64,000 nucleotides of DNA, from positions 107,570,001-107,634,000 of the forward strand of contig NC_043001.1 of the NCBI RefSeq assembly GCF_006345805.1, read 5' to 3'. Every line of letters starts with the position of its first letter. Within the stretch, counting starts at the first letter, position 1. Below are positions 1 to 13,416 of the stretch, piece by piece. A model generated the notes under the pieces. That model was given only the letters and a program-made list of their open reading frames with translations. It was not told the DNA's origin and did not search any database. Origin of the DNA: Octopus sinensis (Eukaryota). The translations under genes were made by a program, and so were the position numbers.

Positions 1-166
1 CGTCCGTCTTTACGTCTTGGGTTCAATTTCCGCTGAGGTCCACTTTGGTGTTCATCATTTGGAGGTCGATAAACTAAGTATCAGTCAAGCACTGGGGTCG
101 GTGTAATCGATTAGCCCACTTCCCCAAAATTTCAGGCCTTGTGCCAATGGTAGAAACGATTATTAT
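1..166 (+). mobile_element. Family A tRNA-derived SINE (A1 tail), cut at its 5' end by the window edge
   Basis: B-box-like GGGTTCAATTTCC, family core (..TTCATCATTTGGAGGTCGATAAACTAAGTATCAG) and A1 tail CCCCAAAATTTCAGGCCTTGTGCC..GTAGAAA, as in the copy at 47738-47945. Confidence 0.8.
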
Positions 167-169
167 GTA

Positions 170-370
170 AGACTGAGAGTTGGCGCAACCATTAGCACGC
201 TTGACAAAATGCTTAGCGACATTTTGTTCTGAGTTCAAATTCCGTAGAGGTTGATTTTAACTATACTTCCTTGCGGAGTGAATAAAATAGATACCAGATG
301 AACATTGAGGTTGGTATAATTCACTTACACTCCTCCCCGAACTTGTGGGCCTTGTGCCAAAATTTGAGTC
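170..370 (+). mobile_element. Degenerate family A SINE (A1 tail)
   Basis: TTGGCGCAACCATTAGCACGC..AAATGCTTAGCG..GAGTTCAAATTCCG head and GGCCTTGTGCCAAAA tail. Confidence 0.7.
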
Positions 371-1271
371 TAATATTTAGTGAGTATCGTACTAAAATTT
401 TATTTCGGTAGTCTGGTTTCAATAAAGAAAAAAACGTCAAGTGTACAACAACATTGAATAAAGGACAAAATATATTCTTTCTGTGAATTGGGTTTAACAA
501 GGTGTAATTAATTTCGAAACTTTGGTGTTGTTTTCTTTTGTTGTAGTGTTCTAGTGAATACATTATATGTTCTTTATATTTAAAAAATAATTGTCCCTAA
601 CAGGCTCAAAGTCTCAGATTTTGTTGAAGAATTTTAAAATAAATCATACCCAGTGCTTGAATGGTTATTTATTTTTGTCAGTTCTAAGATGAAGAAAGGG
701 AAAATTGACTCACGGAATAACGCAATGTATTTTGTCCGACAATCTATCAATTTTCATTAATTACTCGACATTATAATGCGAGTTTATTAATTTTAGTGAC
801 CGTTGTACAATATACGAGTCTTTCAGAAAATTGATTAGAATATAGAAAATTTAGTGTAGAATTCTATTTCCTATTACAAGCAAATACCACATATTCAAGC
901 AAACACACATATATACGCACAAACATACACTCACACAAACACACACACACACAAACACACACACAAACACACTCTTACAAACACACTCACACAAATACAT
1001 ACTCATACACACAAAGACACACTCATACCATGTCACATGCACACACTCACACAAACACACATATCTGAATCGATGCGCAAGCATATACTCGGTCGTAAAT
1101 CTACGCATATTCTCAAACACAAACGCGCGCGCTTATATAAGCACACACTGAATATGCACTTAGAACGGCTCCGATAATAAATAGCTGTTGTCAAGCCACA
1201 AATTTGAGAATGTCCATAAAGGTTTAACACCTTAACCTAAAATAAACCTATATTATAAAATACATATAAAA

Positions 1272-2086
1272 GGCGTAGGAGTGGCTGTCTGGTAAGTAGC
1301 TTGCTTGCCAGCCACATAATTCCGGGTTCAGTCCCACTGCGTGGCACCTTGGGCAAGTGTCTTCTACTATGGATGGATGGAAGCACTCCGTCGGTTACAA
1401 CGACGAGGGTTCCGGTTGATCCGATCAACGGAACAGCCTGCTCGTGAAATTAACGTGTAAGTGGCTGAGCATTCCACAGACACGTGTACTCTTAACGTAG
1501 TTCTCGGGGATATTCAGCGTGACACAGAGAGTGACAAGGCCGGCCCTTTGAAATACAGGTACAACAGAAACAGGAGGTAAGAGTGAGAGAAAGTTGTGGT
1601 GACAGAGTACAGCAGGGATCACCACCATCCCTGCCGGAGCCTCATGGAGCTTTAGGTGTTTTCGCTCAATAAACACTCACAACGCCCGGTCTGGGAATGG
1701 AAACCGCGATCCTACGACCGCGAGTCCGCTGCTCTAACCACTGGGCCATTGCGCCTCCCGTCTTCTACTATATCCTCGGGCCGACCAAAGCCTTGTGAGT
1801 GGTTTTGCTAGACGGAAACTGAAAGAAACTCGTCGTATATATGTATTTATATATATGTATGTGTGCGTATATGTTTGTATGTCTGTGTTTGCCCCCACCC
1901 CAACATCGCTTGACAACCGTTGCAGGTGTGTTTCCTTCCTCGTAACTTAGTGTTTCGGTAAAAGAGACCGATAGAATAAGTATTGGGCTTGCAAAGAATA
2001 AGTCCTGGGATCGATGTGCTCGACTAAAGGCGGTGCTCCAGCATGGCCACAGTCAAATGACTGAAACAAGTAAAAAAGTAAAGAGT
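1272..2086 (+). mobile_element. Family B tRNA-derived SINE (CORE-like CCTTGGGCAAGT, internal TA/TG microsatellite), interrupted by a family C SINE
   Basis: Head GGCGTAGGAGTGGCTGTCTGGTAAG..GGTTCAGTCCC and tail GGTGCTCCAGCATGGCC..GACTGAAACAAGTAAAA; colinear with 45588-46003 once 1371-1759 is removed. Confidence 0.9.
1371..1759 (-). mobile_element. Family C SINE with tRNA-Arg(TCG)-like head, nested in a family B SINE
   Basis: Minus strand starts GGCGCAATGGCCCAGTGGTTAGAGCAGCGGACTCGCGGTC and ends in (TCCA)n; 12-bp TSD GTCTTCTACTAT at 1359-1370 and 1760-1771. Confidence 0.9.
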
Positions 2087-2795
2087 ATATACACAGATAC
2101 AAATCAATGCTCAGACTTTTGCTGAATTAGTTCGATTATTGATGGATGAATGGATGGCTTAATCGATATCTCAGCCTTATATATAAGTAATGAACTGGTG
2201 TGAAGAGCAATCAATACCATGGTTTTGTTTATTAATTGTTTCCCAACATAAAAAGGGTTAATTTTGCCTAGGTAACACTTCATTACTTAACTCTTAATGA
2301 AGTAACAGGTGAAACAAACAAAAACAAAATGTCTGTCTAATCTCACTCTGCTTCCCAGTTCACCCAGCATTCGTAGCCATAAATTCTACAATTTCCTTTG
2401 CAGATCGTGATTTACACTGTCAGCTCACGTAATCTCTCTCCTTGTAAAATAACTCCTATCAATCTTACTAGCGCTGTAGCAGGAATTAAGCAAATGCTGT
2501 TATGTTGAGATCCGCAAATGCTCCGGTCAGGCGTTTATTGACGCAGCTCCGTTAAGTAGTTGACGTGAAGATGTAATAATGTTTTACAGGTAGTTCATTA
2601 GTATCAGTGATCTTCCTACTTGATGAAGCAACAGAATTTAGATTGGAACTTAAAATTATAAAGAAAGAAAGTAGCAAACTATCAAAGCCAGATAAATAAA
2701 GTGTAGCAATTCAAGCAACCTGAGCTAATTTAATTATTTAGAATATTAAAGAATTTAAGTTCATTGCAAAACAAAACACATCGAATATTAATTTC

Positions 2796-3588
2796 TACTC
2801 TAGACACAAGGCCCGAAATTTGGGGGAAGGGAGGCAGTCGATTTGAACGACCCCAGTATGCAACTGGTACTTAATTTATCGACCTTGAAATGATGAAAGG
2901 AAAAGTCGCCCTCAGCGGAATTTGAACTCAGAACGTAAAGACATACGAAATACTGCTAAGCATTTCGCTCGGCGTGCTAACGTTTCTTATTTCCTTATTG
3001 CCCACAAGGGGCTAAACGCAGAGGGGACAAGCAAGGACAGACAAACGGATTAAGTCGATTACATCGACCCCAATGCGTAACTGGTACTTATTTAATCGAC
3101 CCCGAAATGATGAAAGGCAAAGTCGACCTCGGCGGAATTTGAACTCAGAATGTAACGGCAAACGAAATACCTATTTCTTTACTGCCCACAAGGGGCTATA
3201 CACAGAGGGGACAAACAAGGAAAGACAAACGGATTAAGTCGATTACATCGACCCCAGTGCGTAACTGCTACTTCTTTAATTGACCCCAAAAGGATGAAAG
3301 GCAAACTCGACCTCGGCGAAATTTGAACTCAGAACGTAACGACAGACGAAATACCTATTTCTTTATTACCCACAAGGGGCTAAACACAGAGGGGACAAAC
3401 AAGGACAGACATAGGTATTAAGTCGATTACATCGACCCCAGTGCGTAACTGGTACTTAATTTATCGACCCCGAAAGGATGAAAGGCAAAGTCGACCTCGG
3501 CGGAATTTGAACTCACAACGTAACGACAGACGAAATACCGCTAAGCATTTCGTCTGGCGTGCAAACGTTTCTGCCAGCTCGCCGCCCT
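2796..3588 (-). mobile_element. Head-to-tail array of four family A SINE units (three A2-tail, one A1-tail)
   Basis: Units at 2796-2987, 2988-3171, 3172-3355 and 3356-3588; whole block flanked by a ~20-bp direct repeat ACACATC(G/A)AATATTAATTTC (2776-2795, 3593-3612). Confidence 0.9.
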
Positions 3589-4039
3589 TAACACACATCA
3601 AATATTAATTTCGATATAGTATTATGCCTTTATTTTTTTATTGTTTCAGTCACAAGACAGCGGCCAAGCTGGAGCACCACCCTGAACGATTTTAGTCGAA
3701 TGAATTGACCCCAGTATCCTCTGTTGCATGCAATTTGAATTTTCTGTTATGTATTTAATATAACATTTGTGCTTAGTGGTGTTGTTTTCTGTCTGTTGCG
3801 TATATTTGCAAGTCCTGGTGTTTATCAACGGTGGAGTCATGTAAAAGGGCAGATATTGCAAAAATTTCAAACTAAATTATGAAGAAAAACTGGATGTGAA
3901 TGTATAAAATATTTTTCTATTTCTGCAGTAAGGGAACAAACCAAAAATTCTGTGTAAGCGAAGTTTCCTTCCCAAACATATATTTTGCTTTTTTTGTCAA
4001 CAGAAACAATGGCAGCATTGAGTTTTGGATTCACCATTA

Positions 4040-4560
4040 TCAAGTCTCCTCCTCTTCCTCCCCTCTCCCTCCTCCTCCCTTTCTTCTTCTTTTTCCCCTT
4101 CCTCTTCATCCAACTATTTCTTTTTTTCCCCTTTCTCCTCTTCTTCTACTCGTCCCCCCTTCCTCCACTGCTTCTTTCATCACTTGTTGTTGTTGTTGTT
4201 GTTGCTGTTGTTGTTCTTTTTCTTCTTGTTTCTTTCTTTTCTTCCACTTCCTCTTCTTCTTCTACTCCTCCTTCTCCCTTCCTCCTCCGCCGCTTCAAAC
4301 TCCTTTCATTTCTTCTTCTTTTTTTTCTTCTTCTTCTTCTTCTTCTTTTTCTTCTTCTTCTTTTCTTCTTCTTCTTCTTCTTCTTCTTCTTCTCTTCTTT
4401 TTCTTCTTCTTCTTCTTCTTCTTCTTCTTCTGCTTTCTTTTTTTTTCTTTTTTCACTTCTTCCAACTCCTTTTCTTCCACTTTGTCCCCTTCTTTTACTC
4501 CTTCTCCTGCTCTTCCTGCTCCTTCTCCTCCTCTTCATCATCTTCTCCTTCATTTTCTTT
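4040..4560. repeat. Polypyrimidine (CTT/CCT)n low-complexity tract with a (GTT)n block
   Basis: Direct reading; source of the spurious F/L/S-rich and E/K/R-rich ORFs. Confidence 0.95.
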
Positions 4561-6039
4561 ACCTGTCCCACAGTACTTTAAGATTGAGTATTTCAATATT
4601 CATAAACTATAAGTTTCTTGGCACAACCGCTTACTTAGCGACCACAGGTAACTATATATCCGATATAATTTAGTTGTGGAGAAGATTCCCATCTAGGACC
4701 CACTTGTTTTTCCCATAGCTTGGATTTATGAGGCAGTTGTGTTGTTAAGAAAAGACAGAGCTATCAAGATGAAACTAATCATTTAAAACTCTGGTGGCAG
4801 GTCGGTTATCATGAACAGGAATAGCAGTCTATGCTGTGTATTGAAACTGGTGACGGTCCATGCTTCAATGGCGGGAGGGCGATCATATGTCGTAAGTATG
4901 GACTCACATAGACCTGCTAAATAAGTAACAAGGAGAGATATCACCGTTGTTTGTGCCTTTAGTGTTCAAACTAGTTGGGTTACTCAGGCTAATAGGTCAG
5001 GTATTATGGTAAAAGAAATTTGCATAAGCGCAGAAATGACCGTGTGGTAAGAACCTTGCTTCCCAACTACATGGTTTCGGATTCAGTCCCACTGCATGGA
5101 ACCTTGTGCAGGTGTCTTCTACCATAGCCTCGGGCCGGCAAAAGAATTTGATAAGCTCAGAAAATATAGACATTTACTAATCGAAATCGAAAAGGTAGGA
5201 GCTAATCAATCACATTGATGTAGTTTTCGGCTGGTACTTACTTTATTGACCCCGAAAATATGAAGGGCAAAATCGATTGATTTAAAGCACTGAGTACTGA
5301 CCTTAGTCACTACTTCAAGCCATGACAAGCATTCCTAACACAAATCCTAATTTCAGCTAGACATCATGGTATGGGAAACTGTCCAGAATTTACAATTGCA
5401 GTCGTATAATCTGTGAAATTGTTATTTAAACTTGACACCTTAAAGTAATTGGCAAAGAAAGTGTAATTTACTTTGGCGAGAATAAAAAGCAATATGCTGG
5501 CCGGAAAGGATGTGACATGCTGTTTTGGTGGGTATATCATAAACCTCAGGTAGACAAGCTGCTTATGAAAAGAACACCAGGAGTCTGTCTACAAAATATT
5601 GAAAGAACTTGTATATAAATAGAATATTTAATATATTCTCATCCAGATTTTCTTCATAAATTAATTTGCAATTGTTTCAATATCTTCTGTTATATCATAT
5701 CCGTCATCAAATTATTTTCTGTTGAGAATATTACCAAATAACTTATTACTCAGGCAAGTGCATTTAGCATTTAGAAGAATGGTTTGTATTAATTTCTTAC
5801 TTCGATATATCTACATATTTTTTCTTTGGCTAATGCAAACACACCCACACAAACGCATATGCAAGCATTCACGCGACTGTACACACACGACTACTCACAC
5901 AAGCACGCGCAAACATACACGCACGCAGAACTCTTTTTACTCTCACCCTTACGTTCTCTTCTAAGAAAACACACATACAGCATGCATATACAAAGGCGAA
6001 GATCAGTCCTGGGACAGACTCAGAGTAAAACTTGAACAG

Positions 6040-6200
6040 AGAGGAGAAGTCATTGAAGAGATCGCAAATAGGACTTTGACTAACAATCAACCGATTCATT
6101 GCTTAAGCTGCACATTAAACAAACGAAACGATCGATTAGTTAGTTGGTTGAATATTTAGCTAATTGCCTGACAATAAAGAAGTGCGTGCGTTGTTATTAT
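6040..6200 (+). repeat. Unclassified old dispersed repeat, second copy at ~34163-34350
   Basis: Colinear blocks GACTTTGAC.AACAA, ATTAGTTAGTTGGTT.AATATT and ACAATAAAGAAGTG occur in both copies. Confidence 0.7.
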
Positions 6201-6683
6201 TGGCATGATGACCCTCCTAAAGTTTGCTGCAAATCACGAATTCACATCAAGTATCTTATAAACCAAATACAAAAACGAACTTATTATTATGTTATTCTCT
6301 GTCTGGTTAATTAATTTCCAAGCTTTTCTCTTCTGTTTGTTTGAAGTTGGTATACTTATTATATTTCCGTTTCTGTATTTAATACTGTTATTTATGAATG
6401 TCCTTCTCTTCAAGGTCGACTTGGTACATTTTTACCAAACCACATTTCATACTAATTAACTTAACGAATTCGTGTACCTTATTTGAGTGCCGTCAGTTGT
6501 TTCTCATCTCATTTGTTTGTCATCTCCGTTGTTTGTCATCTCAGTATACTGCTTTAAGAAATCCATATACAGGAGATGTTGTTTCATGTTGTTTCATAAA
6601 ACTTCTAGGCACATGCAGTCTGGTTAAGCATGTTTCGAATTTCAAACACCAAATACACAAAAAGACAGAGCAAATCATATTTA

Positions 6684-6705
6684 GTTGTTGTTGTTGTTGT
6701 TGTTG

Positions 6706-6749
<44 letters not shown>

Positions 6750-6767
6750 TTATTATTATTATTATTA

Positions 6768-6809
<42 letters not shown>

Positions 6810-6822
6810 TATTATTATTATT

Positions 6823-6866
<44 letters not shown>

Positions 6867-6899
6867 TAATAATATTATTATTATTAATAATATTATTAT
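6684..6899. repeat. (TTG)n-(TTA)n-(TAA)n compound microsatellite with strand switches
   Basis: Direct reading. Confidence 0.95.
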
Positions 6900-7233
6900 A
6901 GCCTTTGCACAGCTTCTAACGCTGGAGATGTACTACAATGTCAGCTGTTCACTACCAGTGAACTAAGGTAACACCTCATATTTTTCGAGCACCTTCCAGA
7001 GTATTCGAGCGGTTCAAAGCAGTGCTGTTTTCTGCAACTGCTCCACCCTTATTGTACCCTCTATTTGTTCCACGTACTTCTCGAGACTATTGTTCACTGT
7101 TTCCAGGGCTCTTGGTATTACTACTACTACTACCTTTTTCATCGAACACAACTGCTTAACTTCCCAAACTAACCTGCCATATCTCTCGACATTTCTTTCT
7201 TCCTAATGGCAAACCTTGTTATCAGCTGGGCAT
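6900..7233 (-). mobile_element. R4/Dong-clade LINE 3' fragment (C-terminus of restriction-like endonuclease region plus 3' UTR)
   Basis: Minus-strand translation ..CPADNKVCH*EERNVERYGRLVWEVKQL..VVVVVIPRALETV..LQKTALL*TARILWKVLEK resembles the R4/Dong C-terminus; 3' end abuts the TAA tract. Confidence 0.8.
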
Positions 7234-7391
7234 GTTTATCAGTATTTTGAGAGTAGACAGATATATATAACCACAGCAAATATTGGATGTAGAGGTACAA
7301 AGGAAGATAAATAGGAGGTGTTAAGCAGAGGCGGTATAGTTGCAGTGAGTGCCAAAGCGAGAGAGAAGGACAGAGAGAAAGTGAGAGAGAA

Positions 7392-7422
<31 letters not shown>

Positions 7423-8689
7423 AAGAGACAGAGACAGAGACAGTGATTGGTGACTGAAATGGAGGTGGCGTTCTTTCTTTATTTGTTAGAGTCTATCAAT
7501 ATTTTCAGAGTAGGTTGATGCATACATCGAAATAACAGTAGATACATACGACTTCCAAGGGTCGGCTTCTTCGAGTAAATGGTGGTGCTCCAGCATGGCC
7601 ACAATCAAATGACTGAAACAAGTAAAAGAATACCAGAAGAACGTTCCGTCCCACTAAACCAAGAAGGTTCTTTGAATATGTACGCAACTGGTACTTAGTT
7701 TATTGACTCCGAAAGGATGAAAGGCAAAGTCGACCTCGGCGGATCCATCCTTATAGATTGACGTATGACAGTGTAGGATATATTTGTAATTCAAGGAGAC
7801 TTTTTTCCCCGTCTACACTTATACCATTGCCTTTCCTCTTTGTGGATCTCAATGTTGGCTTAATTAGCGTTGTATGAAAGCTCCAGCTCTGCTCTGTCCT
7901 ATAATGTACCCTCCTTTAGCTAAGACTAAGCAACCAGTCTATGTGTGTGCGTATTTGCACATGTAAATCAACATCCTTCTGCTCTGTCTTCAATGGACGC
8001 CGTACATTTATGGTTTTAAATGCAAGGTAAGCTTTGATATATTAAACAGTAAGTAGCCGGGAGTAAAGCTAACCATTAAAATTTCATGGCCTTTTAATAT
8101 CAGAACAACCCTTCGGTTGTCTCTCAACTACGCGTAGATATTTTACGATTTCCATCAATAAAGCGCAAACATTATTAAAACTAACCTTTCGATTCAGAAT
8201 AAACAAGCAACCACGTTATATTTACTTCTTAAATATTACTTCAGTGATTTGGCAATTGGCGATGGCAAGGTAATAAATTAATCATACAACTGAACGCTAC
8301 TTCCCAAAAATGACTTTAGTGGGAAAACGTCGTATTTATTGAAACATAAATGTCTGCCGTGAATAATGAGTACGCTAACAATGTTAGCCTCAGCCTTGCT
8401 TCCTTGTATATCTCTTCAGCGAGTCGATAGGCTAATGTATGCATTTTACCTCCGTCGATTAACAAACAGTAAATAATATGAAACGTGCATGGAATAGAAT
8501 TATTTGGTAACAGTTCCAGAAATATAAAGCCGATATATTAATAAATAATAAGTTCTGAAAATATAGCGTCAATATATTAATAAGATAATCTCTCTTTTAT
8601 TCACAAGAATGGCAAATGCGACTGGAAACTCGTCCGAATAGATCGTTGTCTGTTTGATTTCGAGATAGAAATGTTAGGAAAAGAAAGGA

Positions 8690-8975
8690 TATAAGCGAGA
8701 GAGAGAGAGGGGGGGGAGGAGAGAGCGTGAGAGAGAAATGGATAGAGAGGAAGAAAGAGATGGAGAAAGAAGGGGAGCGTGAGAGAGATGGAGAGAGAGT
8801 GAGAGAGGAAGAGAAATGGAGAATGAAAGGAAGACAGTGAGATAGAGCTGGAGAGAGAGAGAGAGAGATTGAGAGAAAGAAAGACAGAGGAAGAGCTTAA
8901 GAGAGAGAAGGAGAGAGAGTGAGAGAGGGAGATAGTAAAAAACGGAGAGAGAGAGAGGGAGAGAGGGAGAGAGAG
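8690..8975. repeat. (GA)n-rich polypurine tract
   Basis: Direct reading. Confidence 0.9.
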
Positions 8976-9099
8976 ATTATTTGAAAAATGCTTCACTGCC
9001 TTAAAATGTTGATGCATGTAAATTTGAATGTATGCAGCATCGTTTTAAAATTATTTGAACTACACTTATAGAAAAGGAGTCGCTCCTTCTTCTTATCAT

Positions 9100-9138
<39 letters not shown>

Positions 9139-9571
9139 AACATCGCTAGGATTTAAGTGAGAACAAAAACACTAAATGCCTTACATGTAAACCTAAAAAA
9201 TATTGCATGTTTTTCTTTTCTACTTATAGATCGGATTTGTATGGTGTGCGTTAGCTCCTCCCATGCTTAGCTTCAAAAAGCACTTCTTTTTGGGATTATC
9301 ACGTAAAATATTTACAAATATAGACAAGCGCCAAAATAGTTGAAAGTAGAAATGTGAATTTATAATCTGGAGAAAAGAGTTCTGAGTATCGAAAGAGCTG
9401 TTCGTAAATATCTTCTTTCTAATGGATTTTGAAGGGAATGTTGGTCTGTGCGTTTCAGCTATTGTCCCGACTTTTTTTTTGCCTGTCCTAATTGTAGCTT
9501 CTTATTGACCGCCTTTTTGTCGTCTATCTGTCTGAACGTTTTGATCCCATCTATTACCTATATATATATAT

Positions 9572-9955
9572 AGGTGCAGGAGTGGCTGTGTGGTAAGTAG
9601 CTTGCTTACCAATCACATAGTTCTGTGTTCAGTCCCACTCCATGGCACCTTGGGCAAGTGTCTTCTACTATAACCTTGGGCTGACCAAAGCCTTGTGAGT
9701 GGATTTGAAAGAAGACCGTCGTATATGTTTATATATATATATATATGTATGTGTGTGTATATGTTTGTGTATCTGTGTTTGTACCCCCAACATCGCTTGA
9801 CAACCAATGGTGGTGTGTTTACGCCAGTATAACATAGCGGTTCGGCAAAAGACGGTAGAATAAGTACTAGGCTTGCAAAGAATAAGTCCTGGGGTCGATA
9901 TGCTAGACTAAAGGCGGTGCTCCAGCATGGCCGTAGTCAAATCACTGAAACAAGT
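9572..9955 (+). mobile_element. Family B SINE, near full length, in a TA microsatellite context
   Basis: Colinear with 45588-46003 apart from a small internal deletion. Confidence 0.9.
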
Positions 9956-9975
9956 ATATATGCATACATACACAC

Positions 9976-10040
<65 letters not shown>

Positions 10041-10060
10041 GAGACGAAAAGAAATGGAAT

Positions 10061-10162
10061 AATAATTAACAATGAGAAGTGAATCATTGGTGTCTATAAA
10101 TCATTGTTTAATCAAACAATGACTTTAAAACACCAATGATCCACTTCTCATTGTTAAATATT
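10061..10162. repeat. Imperfect ~49-bp-arm palindrome next to (TA)n
   Basis: AATAATTAACAATGAGAAGTGAATCATTGGTGTCTATAAATCATTGTTT, loop AATC, then its near reverse complement. Confidence 0.85.
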
Positions 10163-10589
10163 GCTCCATTTTTTCTCTTCTCTCTCTATATAATAAACCG
10201 CGGTTTACCTACTACTGTATACCTTATAACAAGGACCATACATACTGAGGTAATACACCAGGAGTGCCTACGGATACATCTATCCCTTAGATCGTTGCAT
10301 AACCCCTAGCTTATATCTTACTATGTATATATACACACATATACATAATATAAATGCACATCTATATATATGTATGTATATACATGCATGTGCATTAACA
10401 TTTCCTGTAGTATATAATGTGCATAAAACAGATTTATTTAAACATAACCAGTTTATGGCCACACTTTCACAGTCACAGTCGCACACATACACACAGAAGC
10501 ATGCAAAATTTCACACACACCTATACACACTCTCAGTCTTTCTCGCGCTAACACATATTCATATCTATATATACATACATCCACATGTC

Positions 10590-10653
10590 CAATATATTTA
10601 TATATATACATATACAATACTATGTATATGCATATACATAGTATATACATATA

Positions 10654-10712
<59 letters not shown>

Positions 10713-10723
10713 ATATATATATG

Positions 10724-10786
<63 letters not shown>

Positions 10787-11186
10787 TATATACAATATAT
10801 CATTTATATATTTATATATATATGTGTGTGTGTGTGTATGTATGTATGCATGATATAGATATACAACGAGGTATGGATCTAATTTTCTTTTATTTACCTA
10901 CTTCTTAAGGCTTGCGCAGAACATGCTGTCATTTCTGCCAGAAATATTTCCATATTGTGACGCCATGTATGAAAGATAACTTATGGAATTTCTCTTATTT
11001 GAATACGTATCACGCGTGCAGATACACCTGAAACTTTCAATTGGAATCTTAACTAACCGTTGCCTCTGAACTAGGCGCTAAAAAAAATTGTATATATTTA
11101 CGTGCAGATGGTGTGTATGTATATTCTTACACACACATATATATATATATATAAATAAATAAGTATATATATATAGGTATATATAT

Positions 11187-11232
<46 letters not shown>

Positions 11233-11328
11233 TATATATATATATGTATATATGTATGTTTATATATATGCATAAATAAATAAGTATATGTATATATATA
11301 TGTGTGTGTGTGTGTATATATATATATA

Positions 11329-11382
<54 letters not shown>

Positions 11383-11411
11383 GTACACACACACATATAT
11401 ATATATATATA

Positions 11412-11458
<47 letters not shown>

Positions 11459-11515
11459 CATACATATATATATATATATATAAATAAATAAGTATATATA
11501 TATAGGTATATATAT

Positions 11516-11556
<41 letters not shown>

Positions 11557-11630
11557 TGTACACACACACATATATATGTACGTATTTATATATAGCTATA
11601 TTTGTAAATATGCTTTATATATATATATCG
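10590..11630. repeat. Compound (TA)n/(CA)n/(TG)n microsatellite fields
   Basis: Direct reading; includes a duplicated block TAAATAAATAAGTATATATATATAGGTATA at ~11150 and ~11480. Confidence 0.95.
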
Positions 11631-11892
11631 TTATGTATATCCATACACACACACTCACACACACACACTCACAGAGGCACACACGCACATCCTTATCAGA
11701 TCACGCTTAACAAGCTTATTCTGTTATTCCCTCTGATGCTATTTATTGACCGATTCCAAGCGACTGCATCTACGGATTGAATAAACCTTATTCTATTGAG
11801 TTTAAGGTTAGAAAGTAAAGTAGGAACTGTCGGTTAGATAGATGCCCTTCCACTTAAAATCTTTCATATCTGTTTCTACTGCTTCAATTTTT

Positions 11893-12023
11893 TTCTTCCG
11901 TTTCTCCTTTCACCTCAACGCCAACTCATTGGCCGAACAGAACGCAGTTCTTTATAAGTATTTTAGTTATTGGTGTTTTCCGCTTTTGTTATTGTTCTTC
12001 CTATTAAATTCGTCCTCCTTTCT
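11893..12023 (+). repeat. Unclassified ~130-bp repeat, inverted copy at 19068-19197
   Basis: TTTCACCTCAACGCCAACTCATTGGC..CTTTTGTTATTGTTCTTCCTATTAAATTCGTCCTC is reverse-complementary to 19068-19197. Confidence 0.85.
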
Positions 12024-13416
12024 ATGTTTACGTTCTTACATACATATATACATATATACATACATACATATATATATATATAGTCTTGTTCTTTCTCTTC
12101 TCTCCCTCACCATCTTTTTCTCCTCCTGCTCCTGCTCCAGCTCCCCCTCCTCTTCCCCCTACTCCCTATTTTGCCAACATATTCTGCGCCCTTATTGGCA
12201 TTGCCTTTCTCAAATACGAAACTCATCGATATATTCATATGCTAATATTCATGTAACCACACTTCTCTCTCTCTCTGTTCCTCTCTCTCCCACTCTCTCT
12301 CATCCTCTCTCGTTCTCTCTCTCTATCTATATATTACTATACTCTCTCACATTCACATTGCTTGTGCTTTTGTGCGTGTGTGTTTGCATGTTTGTGTGTG
12401 TCCTTGCGCATTTGTGTATATATACATGAAAAGGTCCTGTGCACATTTTCGTATGTGCAAGCACATTGTGATTTATTAAGAGCAAGAGATAAATAAATAA
12501 ATAAATAAATATGGACTATATAATGATTATGTAATAACGATTGCGTATGACAGCTCAACAGAAAAGGATAAGAATTAAGTTGCTAGTAAGTTGGCAGCGA
12601 ACTATATCGACATGTAAATACCTTTAAGATTCCATTTCTCTCATGTATGCGTATAGAATACGTGGAAGCAAGCTAACACATTTCTTTTGTTTATTTTACG
12701 CCTTCATCCAGCACACATCTTCACTTTTCTGTCAAATCTTATTACAATTCTAAGAATGTTTATGGCCATTGGACTGTGTACCTTGAGTATCTTTATTTTG
12801 AGTATTTTACAGCGTCTTTTCATGATGTTCTCGTTCAAATCCTGTGTATAGTATTACTGTTTGTCCTTTTTCTTCCCCGTGTTTAAAACATTCCAGAATT
12901 CGGATTTTTCAGTTTCTGTAAGAGATCAAAAATATAAAATCATAGAACTATTGTTTGTCTTTTTTGAAACCGAACAAAAAGGTTTAAAGCTATATTTAAA
13001 TATTTGAGTTTAAATTCCACGATATTTTGCTCAGATTTTTTATTTTTTTTTATTTTATGATTTTTCTTCGTGATATCTATACGAACATATTTCGATCAAT
13101 TGATCCAAAAACTGTACCGAAATTTGTATCCACCACTATATATGTAATATCAATGCATGAATCGCTCTCCCTATCTCCATTTCAAACCTTACATAACTTC
13201 TGCTAACACACACACACACACACACACAACCACGCACGCACACACACGCTCACCTATACACACATATATATGTATATTCATATACACGTCTATACATATA
13301 TAGTCCTTATTTACATAAGCACATGAATTTATATATATATATATACCAGAGTAAACACATAAATGTGAAACAAGGTGGAAAAAAGAGTACTCAAATACCA
13401 GTGGTAGAGTAATATG

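Noticed and set aside
1685-1757. tRNA-Arg(TCG) gene
   Set aside because: It is the head of a SINE with body, tail and TSD; T-loop and acceptor stem are degenerate
3900-4673. Long F/L/S-rich and E/K/R-rich ORFs, and similar YI, CV, LSIY and MYVC ORFs across the window
   Set aside because: They are translations of microsatellites that lack stops in several frames; no domain content
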